DNA of 64,000 bases, from IMG/VR virus record IMGVR_UViG_3300049171_000040, positions 1 to 64,000 of that record; one strand, 5' to 3'. Below the pieces are notes generated by a model. The model made no database searches and was not told the DNA's origin. It worked only from the letters and a program-made list of their open reading frames with translations. Source of the DNA: a virus. Positions within the stretch are counted from its first letter, which is position 1; every line of letters starts with the position of its first letter. This document shows positions 45,226 to 55,477 of this stretch, piece by piece. A program made the translations under genes and the position numbers.

Positions 45226-45476
45226 AAGATGTACGGCCCGCCATCCGGTTACGTCGCTGGGAGTGGGACCGAAGGATGAACGGCAAAGACCTCAGCACGG
45301 ATCACGCTCGCGCCATGCACATCGGTGTGAGTCGCACCACTGTCGCCCGCATCCAGTCCGGCGAGATCGAGCCGGGAGGGAAGTTCGTCGCCGCAGTGCT
45401 CTGGGCGCACCCTGACCTGAAGTTCGAAGATCTCTTCGAGGTCGTTGAGATGTCGAACGCCGAGCGTGTCGCCTGA
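45213..45476 (+). CDS. Cro-like HTH protein
   Basis: HARAMHIGVSRTTVARIQSGEIEPG.KF.A...FEDLFEVV; start uncertain. Confidence 0.7.
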   Translation: MHDAQDVRPAIRLRRWEWDRRMNGKDLSTDHARAMHIGVSRTTVARIQSGEIEPGGKFVAAVLWAHPDLKFEDLFEVVEMSNAERVA

Positions 45477-45733
45477 TGAGCGTCCACGAGATCAACGGAC
45501 GCATCGGCGCCCTGGAGTCCTGGTCCCGCACCCCTGACCGGCCGGCGCGGACCGCGAAGGCCCGATCCCAGTCGCCGTGCTCGGTCGAGTACCACGAAGA
45601 CCAGATCCGCGCCGAAGGGATCGTCCCGGAGAAGGACATCCCCAAGGCGGCCGAGGCGAGGCACCGCGCCCACATGCTGCGGCTGTCGAAGGCGTCTGCT
45701 GCCGCCCGCCGCATCCGGAAGGGGGCGGCGTGA
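45476..45733 (+). CDS. hypothetical protein
   Basis: GA..SW.RT.DR.ARTAKAR motif; coupled at both ends. Confidence 0.6.
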   Translation: MSVHEINGRIGALESWSRTPDRPARTAKARSQSPCSVEYHEDQIRAEGIVPEKDIPKAAEARHRAHMLRLSKASAAARRIRKGAA

Positions 45734-46575
45734 ACCAGATCCAGCACCCAGGCGCCTCTCCGTTCGACGCGATCAAGCGCGTGGACGAGAACGGCGAGTA
45801 CTGGCTGGCCCGTGAACTGATGACCCTCTTGGGCTATCGCAAGTGGGAGAGGTTCCTCGACTCGACCGAGAGGGCCATGATCTCGTGCCAGGTTGCCGGT
45901 CACGACGTTGACCAGGCTTTTTCCCGGCTCCGGGAAAAAGGTACTGGCGGTGCCCCTCGTGAGGACATCCGGCTGACCCGCTACGCCTGCTACCTCGTCG
46001 CCCAGAACGGCGACGTCCGTAAGCAGGAGATCGCCTCCGCCCAGACGTACTTTGCGGTGCGCACCCACGAGGCGGAGATCGCCGGCCACCTCGATGAGTT
46101 GGAGGTGGCCGAGCGGTACGTGGCCACCCTCAAGCGCAACCGAGAGTTGAAGGACGCGAACCAGCAGCTCGAAGTCCGGGCCGTGGTCGCGGAGAGCACC
46201 GTCGCCGAGATCGAGGGCGGCGAAGGGCTTACGCCGACGACGTTTCACAAGAAGTACTTCTCCGAGGTCAAGGAGCGAGTCTTCTTCGAGCACCTGTACC
46301 GCCGTAACTATCTGATCGACCAGCGCGGCAGGGGTGCGTGGGACGAGAAGAGGCAGCGGTTCAAGGACGGCGCCGAGCATCGGCACCCGAGCTTCAAGGG
46401 GAAGCCGTTCTTCTACCTGCACTACGGCGGGACGCACGGCGAGAAGCGGCGCGAGCACACCCGTGTCCGCCCCGGCACGCCCGAGCTGGCGTTGAAGGCG
46501 GCGCTGGCGAGGGACGGCCTGAGGGCCAACAACCACCAGGCGGGCCTGTTCGCGATCGAGGGCGGCGCCTCGTGA
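45730..46575 (+). CDS. antirepressor (DinD/Bro-N-like N-terminus)
   Basis: SPFDAIK...[16 protein letters not shown] and [26 protein letters not shown]. Confidence 0.85.
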   Translation: MNQIQHPGASPFDAIKRVDENGEYWLARELMTLLGYRKWERFLDSTERAMISCQVAGHDVDQAFSRLREKGTGGAPREDIRLTRYACYLVAQNGDVRKQEIASAQTYFAVRTHEAEIAGHLDELEVAERYVATLKRNRELKDANQQLEVRAVVAESTVAEIEGGEGLTPTTFHKKYFSEVKERVFFEHLYRRNYLIDQRGRGAWDEKRQRFKDGAEHRHPSFKGKPFFYLHYGGTHGEKRREHTRVRPGTPELALKAALARDGLRANNHQAGLFAIEGGAS

Positions 46576-46750
46576 ACGCCGCCGCCCAGGTCGCCGCTGA
46601 CTACGCGGTACTTGGCCTCATCGCCCGCTGCGAGCTGCTTGCCGCGCTCGACAACGAGGACGACACCCCCACCACGTAAGAGGCCCGCCGGCGGCTACCG
46701 ACGGACCCATATCCCCACCGCTCAGAGATCTAGCAGAAGGAGCAGTAGAG

Positions 46751-47185
46751 ATGACCTCCACGATAGACGAAGGCCAGACGACCGCCGCTGAACGGCGGCG
46801 TCAAGACCGTATCGGCGACACGATGGCGAGCGTCATCGCCTACGCGGACGGCTGGACTGCGGCCCTGAAGTTCCTCCAGGCGCACCCGGACACCGCCGCC
46901 CACGCCTACGTGCATGACTACTACGTGAACCGCTGCGTCGGGGACAAAGAGGACGCCCTCGCAGCCATAGAGGACGCCGCCCGGCGTGGTGTAGCGGCGG
47001 GTTTCCGCGTCACCCAGGAAATCGGCACCATGCACGGCGGCGTGAAGATCTGGTTCGGCCCTATCTACCTGTACGTCTACGCCGAGCGGGACCGGGTGTG
47101 CACGCCGATCGTGGTCGGGAAGATCGATGACGTCCGGTACGCGATCAGCGCGCGGCTGGACGGGATAACCGAGGCCGCCTCATGA
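46751..47185 (+). CDS. hypothetical protein
   Basis: RBS AAGGAG; early operon. Confidence 0.6.
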   Translation: MTSTIDEGQTTAAERRRQDRIGDTMASVIAYADGWTAALKFLQAHPDTAAHAYVHDYYVNRCVGDKEDALAAIEDAARRGVAAGFRVTQEIGTMHGGVKIWFGPIYLYVYAERDRVCTPIVVGKIDDVRYAISARLDGITEAAS

Positions 47186-47826
47186 GCGCCGTGACTTCCC
47201 TGCGCGCCGTGGTCGTGGAGGCATTCCCCGCGGTGCATGAGATCGCCATCGTCCCCGTCCCCGCCGAGGGGAGTGTCCGCGTTCACCATCCGGCCGGGGT
47301 GCGGACGTACCACCCCGAGCTGCCCGACGTGCCTTACGTCGTGGTCGTCCCTGGCGACGGCGAGTTGCTCGGGTGGGGCTGGTCGAACGGCTGGTACGGC
47401 TCCCTGGCGGGTGTTCGCAACGGGCATCACCGGCTGGACCGCGACGCCTGGCACGCCGCCGCTCGCGCACTGCAGGGCGGCGGAGTGGCCTATGTCGCGT
47501 ACGCGCCGCGCCTGTACTTCGGGAACCGCCGCTGGACCGCCACCGGATACCGGTGGGAGCCCGCCTCGGCCGAGCGACACGGCAACCCGTGGAACGCTTT
47601 CGCGTCCACCGAGGCCCGACTGCCGGGCGAGTTGCGCCGGGCGGACAAGATCCAGGTTCACGACCCGGACCTTGGATGGGTCACCGCCCTGGTCCTAGAC
47701 CACGCCGTGCCCTCGGCGGGTGCGTGCTCGGTGGCCGTCCAGGTGCCCGGCCGTGCGGCGGACAGGGTCACCCTCCCTGCTGACACCGCTGTCCGGCTGG
47801 TACCCCGCGTGGAGGTGTCGGCATGA
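47182..47826 (+). CDS. hypothetical protein
   Basis: ATGA-coupled chain. Confidence 0.55.
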   Translation: MSAVTSLRAVVVEAFPAVHEIAIVPVPAEGSVRVHHPAGVRTYHPELPDVPYVVVVPGDGELLGWGWSNGWYGSLAGVRNGHHRLDRDAWHAAARALQGGGVAYVAYAPRLYFGNRRWTATGYRWEPASAERHGNPWNAFASTEARLPGELRRADKIQVHDPDLGWVTALVLDHAVPSAGACSVAVQVPGRAADRVTLPADTAVRLVPRVEVSA

Positions 47827-48119
47827 GCGACCACTACGACTACGGACCTCTCCAGACCTACGAGATCACCTGGACCTCGGGCCACATCGAGCGGATCCAG
47901 TGCCACCAGGTGTCCTACAGCGGCGGCGACCCGATGGGCGACCTCTTCGGCCCCGTTGGGGTCAAGCACGTCCGCCGCGTCCAGTTCCACGGCGAGATCG
48001 AGGGCCGGTGGCTGCTGGTCCTGTCGGTGTGCGAGGACGACATCGCCGCGATCCGCTTGGTGACCGGTGGCGAGGCGCTTCCGGGGGAGTCCCTGGCGGG
48101 CGGTGACACCCATGGGTGA
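47823..48119 (+). CDS. hypothetical protein
   Basis: RBS GGAGG; coupled. Confidence 0.55.
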   Translation: MSDHYDYGPLQTYEITWTSGHIERIQCHQVSYSGGDPMGDLFGPVGVKHVRRVQFHGEIEGRWLLVLSVCEDDIAAIRLVTGGEALPGESLAGGDTHG

Positions 48120-48390
48120 CATCCGCTCCCAGGCGTGCGTGTACCTCCGCAACGGCCTCGTGGACCTGCTGGAGGTGGTGGGCCCGGACGGCACCTCAAC
48201 CGGGCAGTGGCGTAACGCCGCCAGCCACGTCCGGGCTGTCGTCAACGGGCACGCCAGCAGGTACGAGGTTGCCCTGGTGGACGGCATGTGGTCCTGCACG
48301 TGCAGCGAGTCTGCGCCGTGCCCGCACGCCGCCGCTGTCCAGACGGTCACCGGCTGGCCCTCCCTCGCGAGACGGGCGGCCAAGCGATGA
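48112..48390 (+). CDS. SWIM zinc-finger protein
   Basis: WSCTC....PCPHAAAV. Confidence 0.7.
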   Translation: MGDIRSQACVYLRNGLVDLLEVVGPDGTSTGQWRNAASHVRAVVNGHASRYEVALVDGMWSCTCSESAPCPHAAAVQTVTGWPSLARRAAKR

Positions 48391-48746
48391 ACGACCGCTG
48401 GATCAGCGTCACCGACGCCGCTACCCGACTGGGCGCGTTCGAGCATGACGTGCTCGGCATGGCCATCGGCGGAGCCCTCCGGTCGAGCTGCGGCCACCAC
48501 CTGATCTCCGAGGCGTCCGTGGAGCAGCACCTCGCCTACCGGACCTACACGCCCTCCGAGCTGGCCAGCCCACGGGCTGACGTCCTGGCGGAGAACGGCG
48601 AGCAGGACGGCGCTCAGACCACCTACCGCGACGCGCTCGGCGCCTACCTCGGCGACGAACCGGAGTGGCGCCTGACGCCGACCGAGCCGCCGTCCGACAT
48701 CGGCCCCGACGCCGAAGACGAATACCGCGAGGAGAAGCGCACGTGA
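48387..48746 (+). CDS. hypothetical (possible excisionase-like HTH) protein
   Basis: WISVTDAATRLG.......G.L N-terminus. Confidence 0.45.
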   Translation: MNDRWISVTDAATRLGAFEHDVLGMAIGGALRSSCGHHLISEASVEQHLAYRTYTPSELASPRADVLAENGEQDGAQTTYRDALGAYLGDEPEWRLTPTEPPSDIGPDAEDEYREEKRT

Positions 48747-49666
48747 AAGCACGTCTGGTCCTGCCTTCCGGGCAGGACCGCACGCCCCTCTGGTACGAGG
48801 AACGCCTGAAGGGCATCACCGCGTCGGAGATCGCCGTCATCCTCGGCCTGTCGCCGTTCGAGTCGGAGTTCTCCCTGTTCTGGCGCAAGCTCGGCGAACT
48901 CCCGCCGATCGAGGACACGGACGTGATGTCGCTCGGCCGGCATCTGGAGTCGTGGGTGGCGGACAAGTTCGCTGCCGACCACCCGGATCTCGCGCTCGGG
49001 CTGGGCGGGCTGTACGCCAACGCGCAGCGCCCGTGGCAGATGGCCACCCCGGACCGGCTTGTCCGCCGGTTCGGGGCCGGTTTGGAGCCGGTCGCGGTGT
49101 GGGAAGGCAAGACCGCCGCGTCCTACGACGGGTGGGGCCTGTCCGGCACCGACGAGGTGCCGGTGTACTACCGAGCCCAGGGCTTGTGGCAGCAGGACAC
49201 CGTGGACGTGCGCCGCACCTACCTGTCGTGCCTGTTCCTGCACACCCGGCAGACCCGCCACTACGTGATCGACTACCACCCGATCGACGTGGAACTCATG
49301 CGCCTGGCCGCGCTGGACTTTATCGACCGGCTCACCCGCGGCGTGCCACCTCCAGCAGACGGCAGCCGAGCAGCCAGGGCCGCGCTGAAGCACCTGCACG
49401 AGACCGTCGAGGCGAAGAAGAGCGTCGTCATCCCCCAAGACGTCGGGGACGAGTACCGCGACGCCGCGGCGGCCTACTCGGCGGCGAAGAAGCGCAAGGA
49501 CGCAGCGGAAAACACCGTCCGCGAGCACGCCGGCGACGCCCAGATCGTCCTCACCCCCGACGCACGCCGGGTCTGCACCCGCTCCGTGTACGAGATGCCC
49601 GCCCATCAGCGCGAGGCGTGCGTCGTCGACAAGCTCAATCCGCCCCGTAGCAAGAAGGGCTCCTGA
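48743..49666 (+). CDS. YqaJ/RecE-like exonuclease
   Basis: W...R..GITASEIA..LGLSPF, G..LE, ATPDR, EGKT and VP.YY..Q. Confidence 0.9.
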   Translation: MKARLVLPSGQDRTPLWYEERLKGITASEIAVILGLSPFESEFSLFWRKLGELPPIEDTDVMSLGRHLESWVADKFAADHPDLALGLGGLYANAQRPWQMATPDRLVRRFGAGLEPVAVWEGKTAASYDGWGLSGTDEVPVYYRAQGLWQQDTVDVRRTYLSCLFLHTRQTRHYVIDYHPIDVELMRLAALDFIDRLTRGVPPPADGSRAARAALKHLHETVEAKKSVVIPQDVGDEYRDAAAAYSAAKKRKDAAENTVREHAGDAQIVLTPDARRVCTRSVYEMPAHQREACVVDKLNPPRSKKGS

Positions 49667-49669
49667 CCT

Positions 49670-50512
49670 GTGGCTGGCAAGACCATCACGAACGCGGTCG
49701 CCGAACGAGACAAAAGCCTGCAGCAGTTCCGCGCTGAGAAGCTGGCGGGACTCAAGGTTCTCCTGGACCAGATGGCGCCGGAGATTGCCCGCGCGCTGCC
49801 CGCACATCTGACGCCAGAGCGGATGCTGAGGATCACCCTGACGCAGGCCCGGGCGGAGCCGAAGCTACTGCTCTGCACACCCGAGTCGATGGCCGGCGCG
49901 GTGCTCACCTGCGCACAGGTTGGCATGGAGCCCGGCCCGACCGGCGAGGCGTTCTTCATTCCGCGCAAGAACCGGGACACGGGCGAACTGGAGGCGAAGT
50001 TCGAGCTCGGCTACAAGGGCATGGCGAAGCTGTTCTGGCAGCACCCGTTGGCGAAGTACTTGAACACGGCGACGGTCCGCGTCAACGACGAATTCGACTA
50101 CGACCTCGGCTCCGCTCCCTACCTCAAGCACAAGCCGAACAAGGGCGACCGTGGCGAGCCAGCCGGCCACTGGTACGCGGTCTACCTGCTAACCAATGGC
50201 GGGTTCGGGTTCGCCATGCTGGACAAGCCCGCAGTCCAGCGCCGCCGCAACGCCTCCAGCGCGCCAAACTCGCCCGGCTGGTCGAAGAACTACAACGAGA
50301 TGGCGGAGAAGTCGGCCCTCCGTGACGCGTTCGACACCATGCCGAAGTCGGCGGAGATGGCCCGCGCGCTGGCATGGGACGGGGCGGTCCGCACCAACCT
50401 GGACCTGGACGCGATCGACGACGCCCCCACGCCGGAAGAGCCCGACGAAGAGCCAGCCGAGGACAACCCGCTCCACTACGACGACGCCGACGCTGCTGGC
50501 GGTGAGTCGTGA
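49670..50512 (+). CDS. recT: RecT-family ssDNA annealing protein
   Basis: ALP.HLTPERM.R, CTPES..GA....AQ.G.EP, LGYKG and MAEKS.LR. Confidence 0.9.
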   Translation: MAGKTITNAVAERDKSLQQFRAEKLAGLKVLLDQMAPEIARALPAHLTPERMLRITLTQARAEPKLLLCTPESMAGAVLTCAQVGMEPGPTGEAFFIPRKNRDTGELEAKFELGYKGMAKLFWQHPLAKYLNTATVRVNDEFDYDLGSAPYLKHKPNKGDRGEPAGHWYAVYLLTNGGFGFAMLDKPAVQRRRNASSAPNSPGWSKNYNEMAEKSALRDAFDTMPKSAEMARALAWDGAVRTNLDLDAIDDAPTPEEPDEEPAEDNPLHYDDADAAGGES

Positions 50513-50889
50513 ACGATCACTGGGACATGGACCACCCGCAGGTCGACATCACTCCGAACAAGGCCGCGGGAATCATCATCCACATCAGCCGCCTCATCGA
50601 GGCGAAGCTGAGGGAGTTCGATCAGCTCAACGAGGTCGCAGCCCAGACAAAGAAGGAAGCCGAGGTCGTCTTCGCGCGGGCGTTCCTGGAGTCCACCCGT
50701 CCCATGGACGAGCGGCGGCAGATCGCCATGCTGGCCGCGGCGGATGCCCGGTTCGCTGCGGACGCCGCTGAGCGTCAGGTGAAGGCGTGCTCGAAGGCCC
50801 TCTACAAACTCTCGGGCGACATGGACTCGGCGCGCACGATCTCCGCGACGGCGCGCGATGAGATGAAGTCGCTCGGGGGGACCACGTGA
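50509..50889 (+). CDS. hypothetical coiled-coil protein
   Basis: Coupled to recT. Confidence 0.6.
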   Translation: MNDHWDMDHPQVDITPNKAAGIIIHISRLIEAKLREFDQLNEVAAQTKKEAEVVFARAFLESTRPMDERRQIAMLAAADARFAADAAERQVKACSKALYKLSGDMDSARTISATARDEMKSLGGTT

Positions 50890-51551
50890 AGCCGGGCGGG
50901 CCTCTCCAGCGCCGTACGGAGATGCCCCGCGGCAACGGGCCGAAGCGGCAGCCGTTCAAGGCGGCCTTCCCGGCGCCGCGCAAGGCGAAGCGGTCAGGGG
51001 CGAAGGGCTTCCCGCGCGCCGCGGCCAACCTGATGAAGGCCCGTAGCGGGGATCTCTGCGAGATCGGCTTGCTGTGCATGGGCCACGCGCAGGCCACCGA
51101 GTCCGCGCACCGTCTCGCCAAGCAGGCGGGCGGTGTCGGGCCGAAGAACACGTGGTCATCCAAGGCCGCGAACGGGCTCCGGGCGTGCTCCGACGACCAC
51201 CGCCTGGTGGACGGGGCGAACGAGGGGGAGGCGTTCCGGCTCGGCTACAAGATCCGGCACGGCGTGGCCCGGCCCGTCGAGGTGCCGGTGCTACACATCG
51301 AGTTCGGATGGGTCCTCCTCGACGACGCCGGCGGATGGCGTCCCGCACCCGCCGTGTCCTACGAGCGGCCGGACGGTCTGCTCCCGGTGGTCGGCGTCTC
51401 CAAGTGGGACCTCATGGTCCCGACGGGCGCGTTCCTGGACGCGATGGAGCGGTACGGCCACATCAACTGCCCCGGCTGGTCGCCTCCGCGTGAGGGCGTT
51501 TTCACCTGCGGGTGCGGCGCCGAAGTTTTTGCTTTGGACGTGATCGCGTGA
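50886..51551 (+). CDS. HNH-like hypothetical protein
   Basis: RS...CE....C.......HR....GG...N....C..DH and W.LLDD.G. Confidence 0.5.
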   Translation: MKPGGPLQRRTEMPRGNGPKRQPFKAAFPAPRKAKRSGAKGFPRAAANLMKARSGDLCEIGLLCMGHAQATESAHRLAKQAGGVGPKNTWSSKAANGLRACSDDHRLVDGANEGEAFRLGYKIRHGVARPVEVPVLHIEFGWVLLDDAGGWRPAPAVSYERPDGLLPVVGVSKWDLMVPTGAFLDAMERYGHINCPGWSPPREGVFTCGCGAEVFALDVIA

Positions 51552-52849
51552 CGTCGACCTACATGGACTTCCTCGCCGCTAAGCAGCGCCGCGTGGAGCC
51601 TGATGGGCGCGTAGTCGAACTGGGCGACGTCCACCCGATGCTCCACGAGTGGCAGCGCCGCATTGTCGCGTGGGCCGTGAAGACTGCCCGCGCCGCGATC
51701 TGGGCTGACACCGGTCTCGGTAAGACGCTGATGCAGTTGGAATGGGCCAGGTTGTCGGGCGAGCGGAGCCTGATCGTGGCGCCGCTCGCCGTGTGCGAGC
51801 AGACCGTCCGCGAGGCGGAGAAGATCGGCGTCACCGCCCGGTACGTCCGCGGCGATGCCGATGCGTCCGGGCCGGGCGTGTGGGTCACCAACTACGAAAT
51901 GGTGGAGAGGTTCGACCCGGACCTCATCGACGCTGTCGTCTTGGATGAGGCGTCGATCCTCAAGCAGGCGGACGGAAAGACCCGCAACCTGCTGATCAGC
52001 CACTTCGCGCCGGTCAAGCACCGCTTGGCGTGCACTGCGACGCCCGCGCCGAACGACTCCGAGGAACTCACCAGCCAGGCGGAGTTCCTCGGGGTGATGC
52101 GCCGGCCGGAGATGCTCGCGGCGTACTTCATCAATGACGGCAAGGACTGGCGGGTTAAGGGGCACGCCCGCGGGCCGATGTTCCGGTGGATGGCTTCGTG
52201 GGCGGTCGCGTTGCGCATGCCGTCCGACCTCGGCTACCCCGACGACGGTTACGTCTTGCCCGGCCTGGACATCATGCCGCATCTGCTGGCTGACGAGGTG
52301 GCCGTCGATGGGTTCCTGTTCGGTGGAGACCTCGGGGGAGTGGGCGGCCGGGCCAAGGTCCGCAAGGCCACCCTTGATGCGCGGTGCGGGCGAGCCGCCG
52401 AACTCGTCGCCGCCGAGTCGGACGAGCCGTGGATCCTGTGGTGCGGCCTGAACGACGAGGCCCGCACCCTGGCCAAGCTCATCCCCGGAGCGGTCAACGT
52501 AGAGGGCTCATGGTCGCCGGAGGCGAAGGCTCAGGCGTTCCTCGACTTCGCGGACGGTAAGACCCGCGTCCTGATCACGAAGCCGTCGATGGGCGGCTAC
52601 GGCCTCAACTGGCAGCACTGCGCCCGCATGGCGTTCGTCGGCCTCTCCGACAGTTGGGAGGCCTACTACCAGTGCATCCGCCGCTGCTACCGCTACGGGC
52701 AGACCCGGCCCGTGCACGCCCACGTCGTGCTGACCGAACTCGAATCGCCCATCGCCCAGAACATCGCCCGCAAGGAGACGGAGGCGACGGCCATTCACCG
52801 TGCCCTCGTCGCCGAGATGCGGGCCGCCGCTACTTGGAGAGCTGCATGA
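51548..52849 (+). CDS. SNF2-like helicase
   Basis: ADTGLGKT, LDEAS, TATPAPND, GLNWQHC and QCIRRCYRYGQ. Confidence 0.88.
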   Translation: MTSTYMDFLAAKQRRVEPDGRVVELGDVHPMLHEWQRRIVAWAVKTARAAIWADTGLGKTLMQLEWARLSGERSLIVAPLAVCEQTVREAEKIGVTARYVRGDADASGPGVWVTNYEMVERFDPDLIDAVVLDEASILKQADGKTRNLLISHFAPVKHRLACTATPAPNDSEELTSQAEFLGVMRRPEMLAAYFINDGKDWRVKGHARGPMFRWMASWAVALRMPSDLGYPDDGYVLPGLDIMPHLLADEVAVDGFLFGGDLGGVGGRAKVRKATLDARCGRAAELVAAESDEPWILWCGLNDEARTLAKLIPGAVNVEGSWSPEAKAQAFLDFADGKTRVLITKPSMGGYGLNWQHCARMAFVGLSDSWEAYYQCIRRCYRYGQTRPVHAHVVLTELESPIAQNIARKETEATAIHRALVAEMRAAATWRAA

Positions 52850-53817
52850 ACAACGACGACGTCTACGTCACCGACGACGCGCAGGGCGACGGATGGTCAC
52901 TGATGCTCGGCGACTCTTGCGAGAGGCTGGCGGAGGTCGGGACCGCGTCGGTGGACCTGTCCGTTTGCTCCCCGCCGTTCGCCTCCTTGTACACGTACTC
53001 GCCGTCGTTGCGAGACCTTGGCAACAGCGGCAGCCGTGAGGAGTTCCTGACTCACTACCGGTTCATCATCCGCGCACAGTTGCGGGTGACGAAGCCGGGC
53101 CGTCACGCGGTGGTGCACGTCTCTCAGATCGCGCTCACGAAGGCGGTGCACGGCGAGGTCGGCCTGTCCGACTTCCGCGGTGATGTGATCCGCGCGTTCG
53201 TCGGCGAGGGGTGGATCTTCCACGGCGAGGTCACCATCGACAAAGACCCTCAGGCGCAGGCGATCCGTACCAAAGCCCAGGCGTTGATGTTCGTCCAGTT
53301 GGAGCGGGACTCGTCGAAGAACCGCCCGGCGCTGGCGGACTACCTTCTCATCTTCCGCAAGCCCGGCGAGAACAAGGTTCCGGTCAAGCCGGAGGTCAGC
53401 CGGGACGAGTGGATCCAGTGGGCCCGCCCTATCTGGCAGGGAGAGGAAGACTCCGCTGAGACCTTGGGTGAGCTCGGTCTCGTCATGCCGCGGGCGGCCT
53501 GGTATGGCATCAAGGAGACCAACACCCTCAACGCGAAGGTCGCGCGGGAGAACGCAGACGAGCGCCACATCTGCCCCCTGCAACTGGACCTAATCGAGCG
53601 CTGTGTGCGGCTGTGGTCCAACCGCGGCGAGCTGGTCTTGTCGCCGTTCGCGGGCATCGGCTCGGAGGGTTACGTCTCAGTCCGGCAGGGGCGCCGCTTC
53701 GTCGGGGTGGAGTTGAAGGCCTCGTACTGGCAGACCGCGGTGACCAACCTGCGGACGGCTGAGGCTCAGGTGGCTGCGCCGGCGCTGTTTGGCGAGTCCG
53801 AGGCGGCGGCGTCGTGA
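52846..53817 (+). CDS. DNA methyltransferase (N4-C/N6-A, beta class)
   Basis: SPPF catalytic motif precedes HICPLQ and VLSPFAGIGS SAM-binding motif. Confidence 0.88.
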   Translation: MNNDDVYVTDDAQGDGWSLMLGDSCERLAEVGTASVDLSVCSPPFASLYTYSPSLRDLGNSGSREEFLTHYRFIIRAQLRVTKPGRHAVVHVSQIALTKAVHGEVGLSDFRGDVIRAFVGEGWIFHGEVTIDKDPQAQAIRTKAQALMFVQLERDSSKNRPALADYLLIFRKPGENKVPVKPEVSRDEWIQWARPIWQGEEDSAETLGELGLVMPRAAWYGIKETNTLNAKVARENADERHICPLQLDLIERCVRLWSNRGELVLSPFAGIGSEGYVSVRQGRRFVGVELKASYWQTAVTNLRTAEAQVAAPALFGESEAAAS

Positions 53818-53959
53818 CCTCTCCACTCCTGCCCGGCGACGACTGGCCCGACGAGCCTCCGCCCATGGACGGCTGGGACGCGGACGGACAGCCCTACCGG
53901 GACGTGGACGTCTCCCCGAACTACCTCTAACCCCCTACCTCCGAAAGGAGCCCGACGCC

Positions 53960-54208
53960 ATGGGCTGGTTCATCCCCCTCCTGTGCTTCATGGCCCTGCT
54001 CGCCGTCGCAGGCCACGTGTCCGACTGGCTGGACAGTCGAGCCAAGGGTGGGCGGAAGGCCATCAAGGACCTCGCCGCCCACCAGGCGTTCATCGACCGG
54101 CTCGAAGGCCAGGCCCGCGACTTTCAGCACATCGACAACTTCGCCGCCGTGACCTTCAGCGACATCCAGGCGTTCCGCGCCAACCCTCGCAAGCAGATCA
54201 ACAAGTGA
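53960..54208 (+). CDS. small membrane protein
   Basis: RBS AAGGAG; N-terminal TM. Confidence 0.55.
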   Translation: MGWFIPLLCFMALLAVAGHVSDWLDSRAKGGRKAIKDLAAHQAFIDRLEGQARDFQHIDNFAAVTFSDIQAFRANPRKQINK

Positions 54209-54305
54209 CCAGCTGACCCTCCTGCTTCTTGGTCGTCTCCTTCCCATCGGGGGTGAGGAGACGGCCAGGGGGCGGGACTACCAGAGGAGAGGAGGAGGGG
54301 AGGTG

Positions 54306-54596
54306 TCAGCCCTTGACTCGACGCCACGCCTCGAAGAGGAGTTCTTCCAGGTCGACCTGAGACAGGTCGGCGTCAAGGCGTGTGATGCCCGCCTCCTCGT
54401 CGGTGAGGAATCCGGCAGCGACGAACGCTTCCAGCACCGGTCTCTCGTAGGCGCGGGCGAATGCGGCGACGGTCTCCGGCTTGGGGGAGGAGATCTGCCA
54501 GCGGGTCACGGCCGACTGGCTGATGCCCACGCGACGGCTGATGTCGCTCGGGTTCGCCGGTCCGGCGGTGTCTTGGACGTACTTCCACCAGGTCAC
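54306..54596 (-). CDS. second repressor-like XRE HTH protein
   Basis: MTWWKYV, DISRRVGISQSAVTRW...P.PE.V..FARAY.RP.LEA.VAAGFL. Confidence 0.8.
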   Translation of the reverse strand: MTWWKYVQDTAGPANPSDISRRVGISQSAVTRWQISSPKPETVAAFARAYERPVLEAFVAAGFLTDEEAGITRLDADLSQVDLEELLFEAWRRVKG

Positions 54597-54603
54597 GGCG
54601 CAC

Positions 54604-54712
54604 AGCCTATGCGCATGCATTTAGCGCTTCCAGTGAGGCGTGGCGACTGTGGCGAAAGTGACTCGGATCAGCTTGTGCTCTGTAGCCTACGCGCATAAGC
54701 TATGCGCATGCA
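54604..54712. promoter_or_regulatory. operator repeats CTA(T/C)GCGCAT(GCA) between divergent HTH genes
   Basis: CTATGCGCATGCA at 54607 and 54700; AGCCTACGCGCAT at 54684. Confidence 0.6.
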
Positions 54713-54761
54713 CATGACGTTAATCGACCTCCACGCAATAAATAAAGAAGAGGGGGATTTA

Positions 54762-54998
54762 GTGAAGGCCACCCTTAAGCTCCGCCGCGACGAACTCGCC
54801 AAGCACCGCGAGCGGGCCGCGCTCCGCAGAGACGGAGACCTCGCGGCGGCAATGGGCGTCAACCGGGTGACGATCAGCAAGTTCATCAACGGCAAGGCGC
54901 AGCCCAGCGCGGACTTCATCGCCAGCCTGCTCGCCGTCCTGCACGACGACGTGTCCTTCGCCGACCTCTTCCAGGTCGTCGCCAAGGATGCGGCGTGA
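54762..54998 (+). CDS. second Cro-like HTH protein
   Basis: DLAAAMGVNRVTISKFINGK.QPS..FIA.L...F.DLFQVV. Confidence 0.8.
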   Translation: MKATLKLRRDELAKHRERAALRRDGDLAAAMGVNRVTISKFINGKAQPSADFIASLLAVLHDDVSFADLFQVVAKDAA

Positions 54999-55477
54999 GC
55001 GAGACCGCGATCCCGAGCGGGTCGCCCTTCGAGCCCGACAGCGACCTGTACTGCCCGTTCTACAAGCGCTACATGGCCGCACGCACCCTCTACGAGACGC
55101 AGTTCCCCGAGGGTGGATACGGCGTCGCCATGATCGGGCGCATGGCCTGGGCCAACCTGCCTGAGCAGGACAAGGCCAGCACGCTCGACATTTTCTTCAC
55201 CAACTACTGGATGACCATCCACGACGAGGAGCGCGAAGACCGCCTCGCCCGTGAAGCGAAGTCCGGCACCTCTTACGTGGATCCCAGCGACACGGCCGAC
55301 CTGTGGCTGTGCATCCAGGAGACCAAGGGGTCGCCGGAGTCGATCGACGACGTGCCCACGAAGGCACTCATGAACGTCCTGTCCGAACTCGAACTACTTC
55401 AGCACCGCCTCGCCGCGATCGAACTCGGCAAGGCGATGGACCAGGCGAACGCCAACGACTCGGGGGAGTCCCAGTGA
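54995..55477 (+). CDS. hypothetical protein
   Basis: GTGA-coupled. Confidence 0.6.
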   Translation: MSETAIPSGSPFEPDSDLYCPFYKRYMAARTLYETQFPEGGYGVAMIGRMAWANLPEQDKASTLDIFFTNYWMTIHDEEREDRLAREAKSGTSYVDPSDTADLWLCIQETKGSPESIDDVPTKALMNVLSELELLQHRLAAIELGKAMDQANANDSGESQ

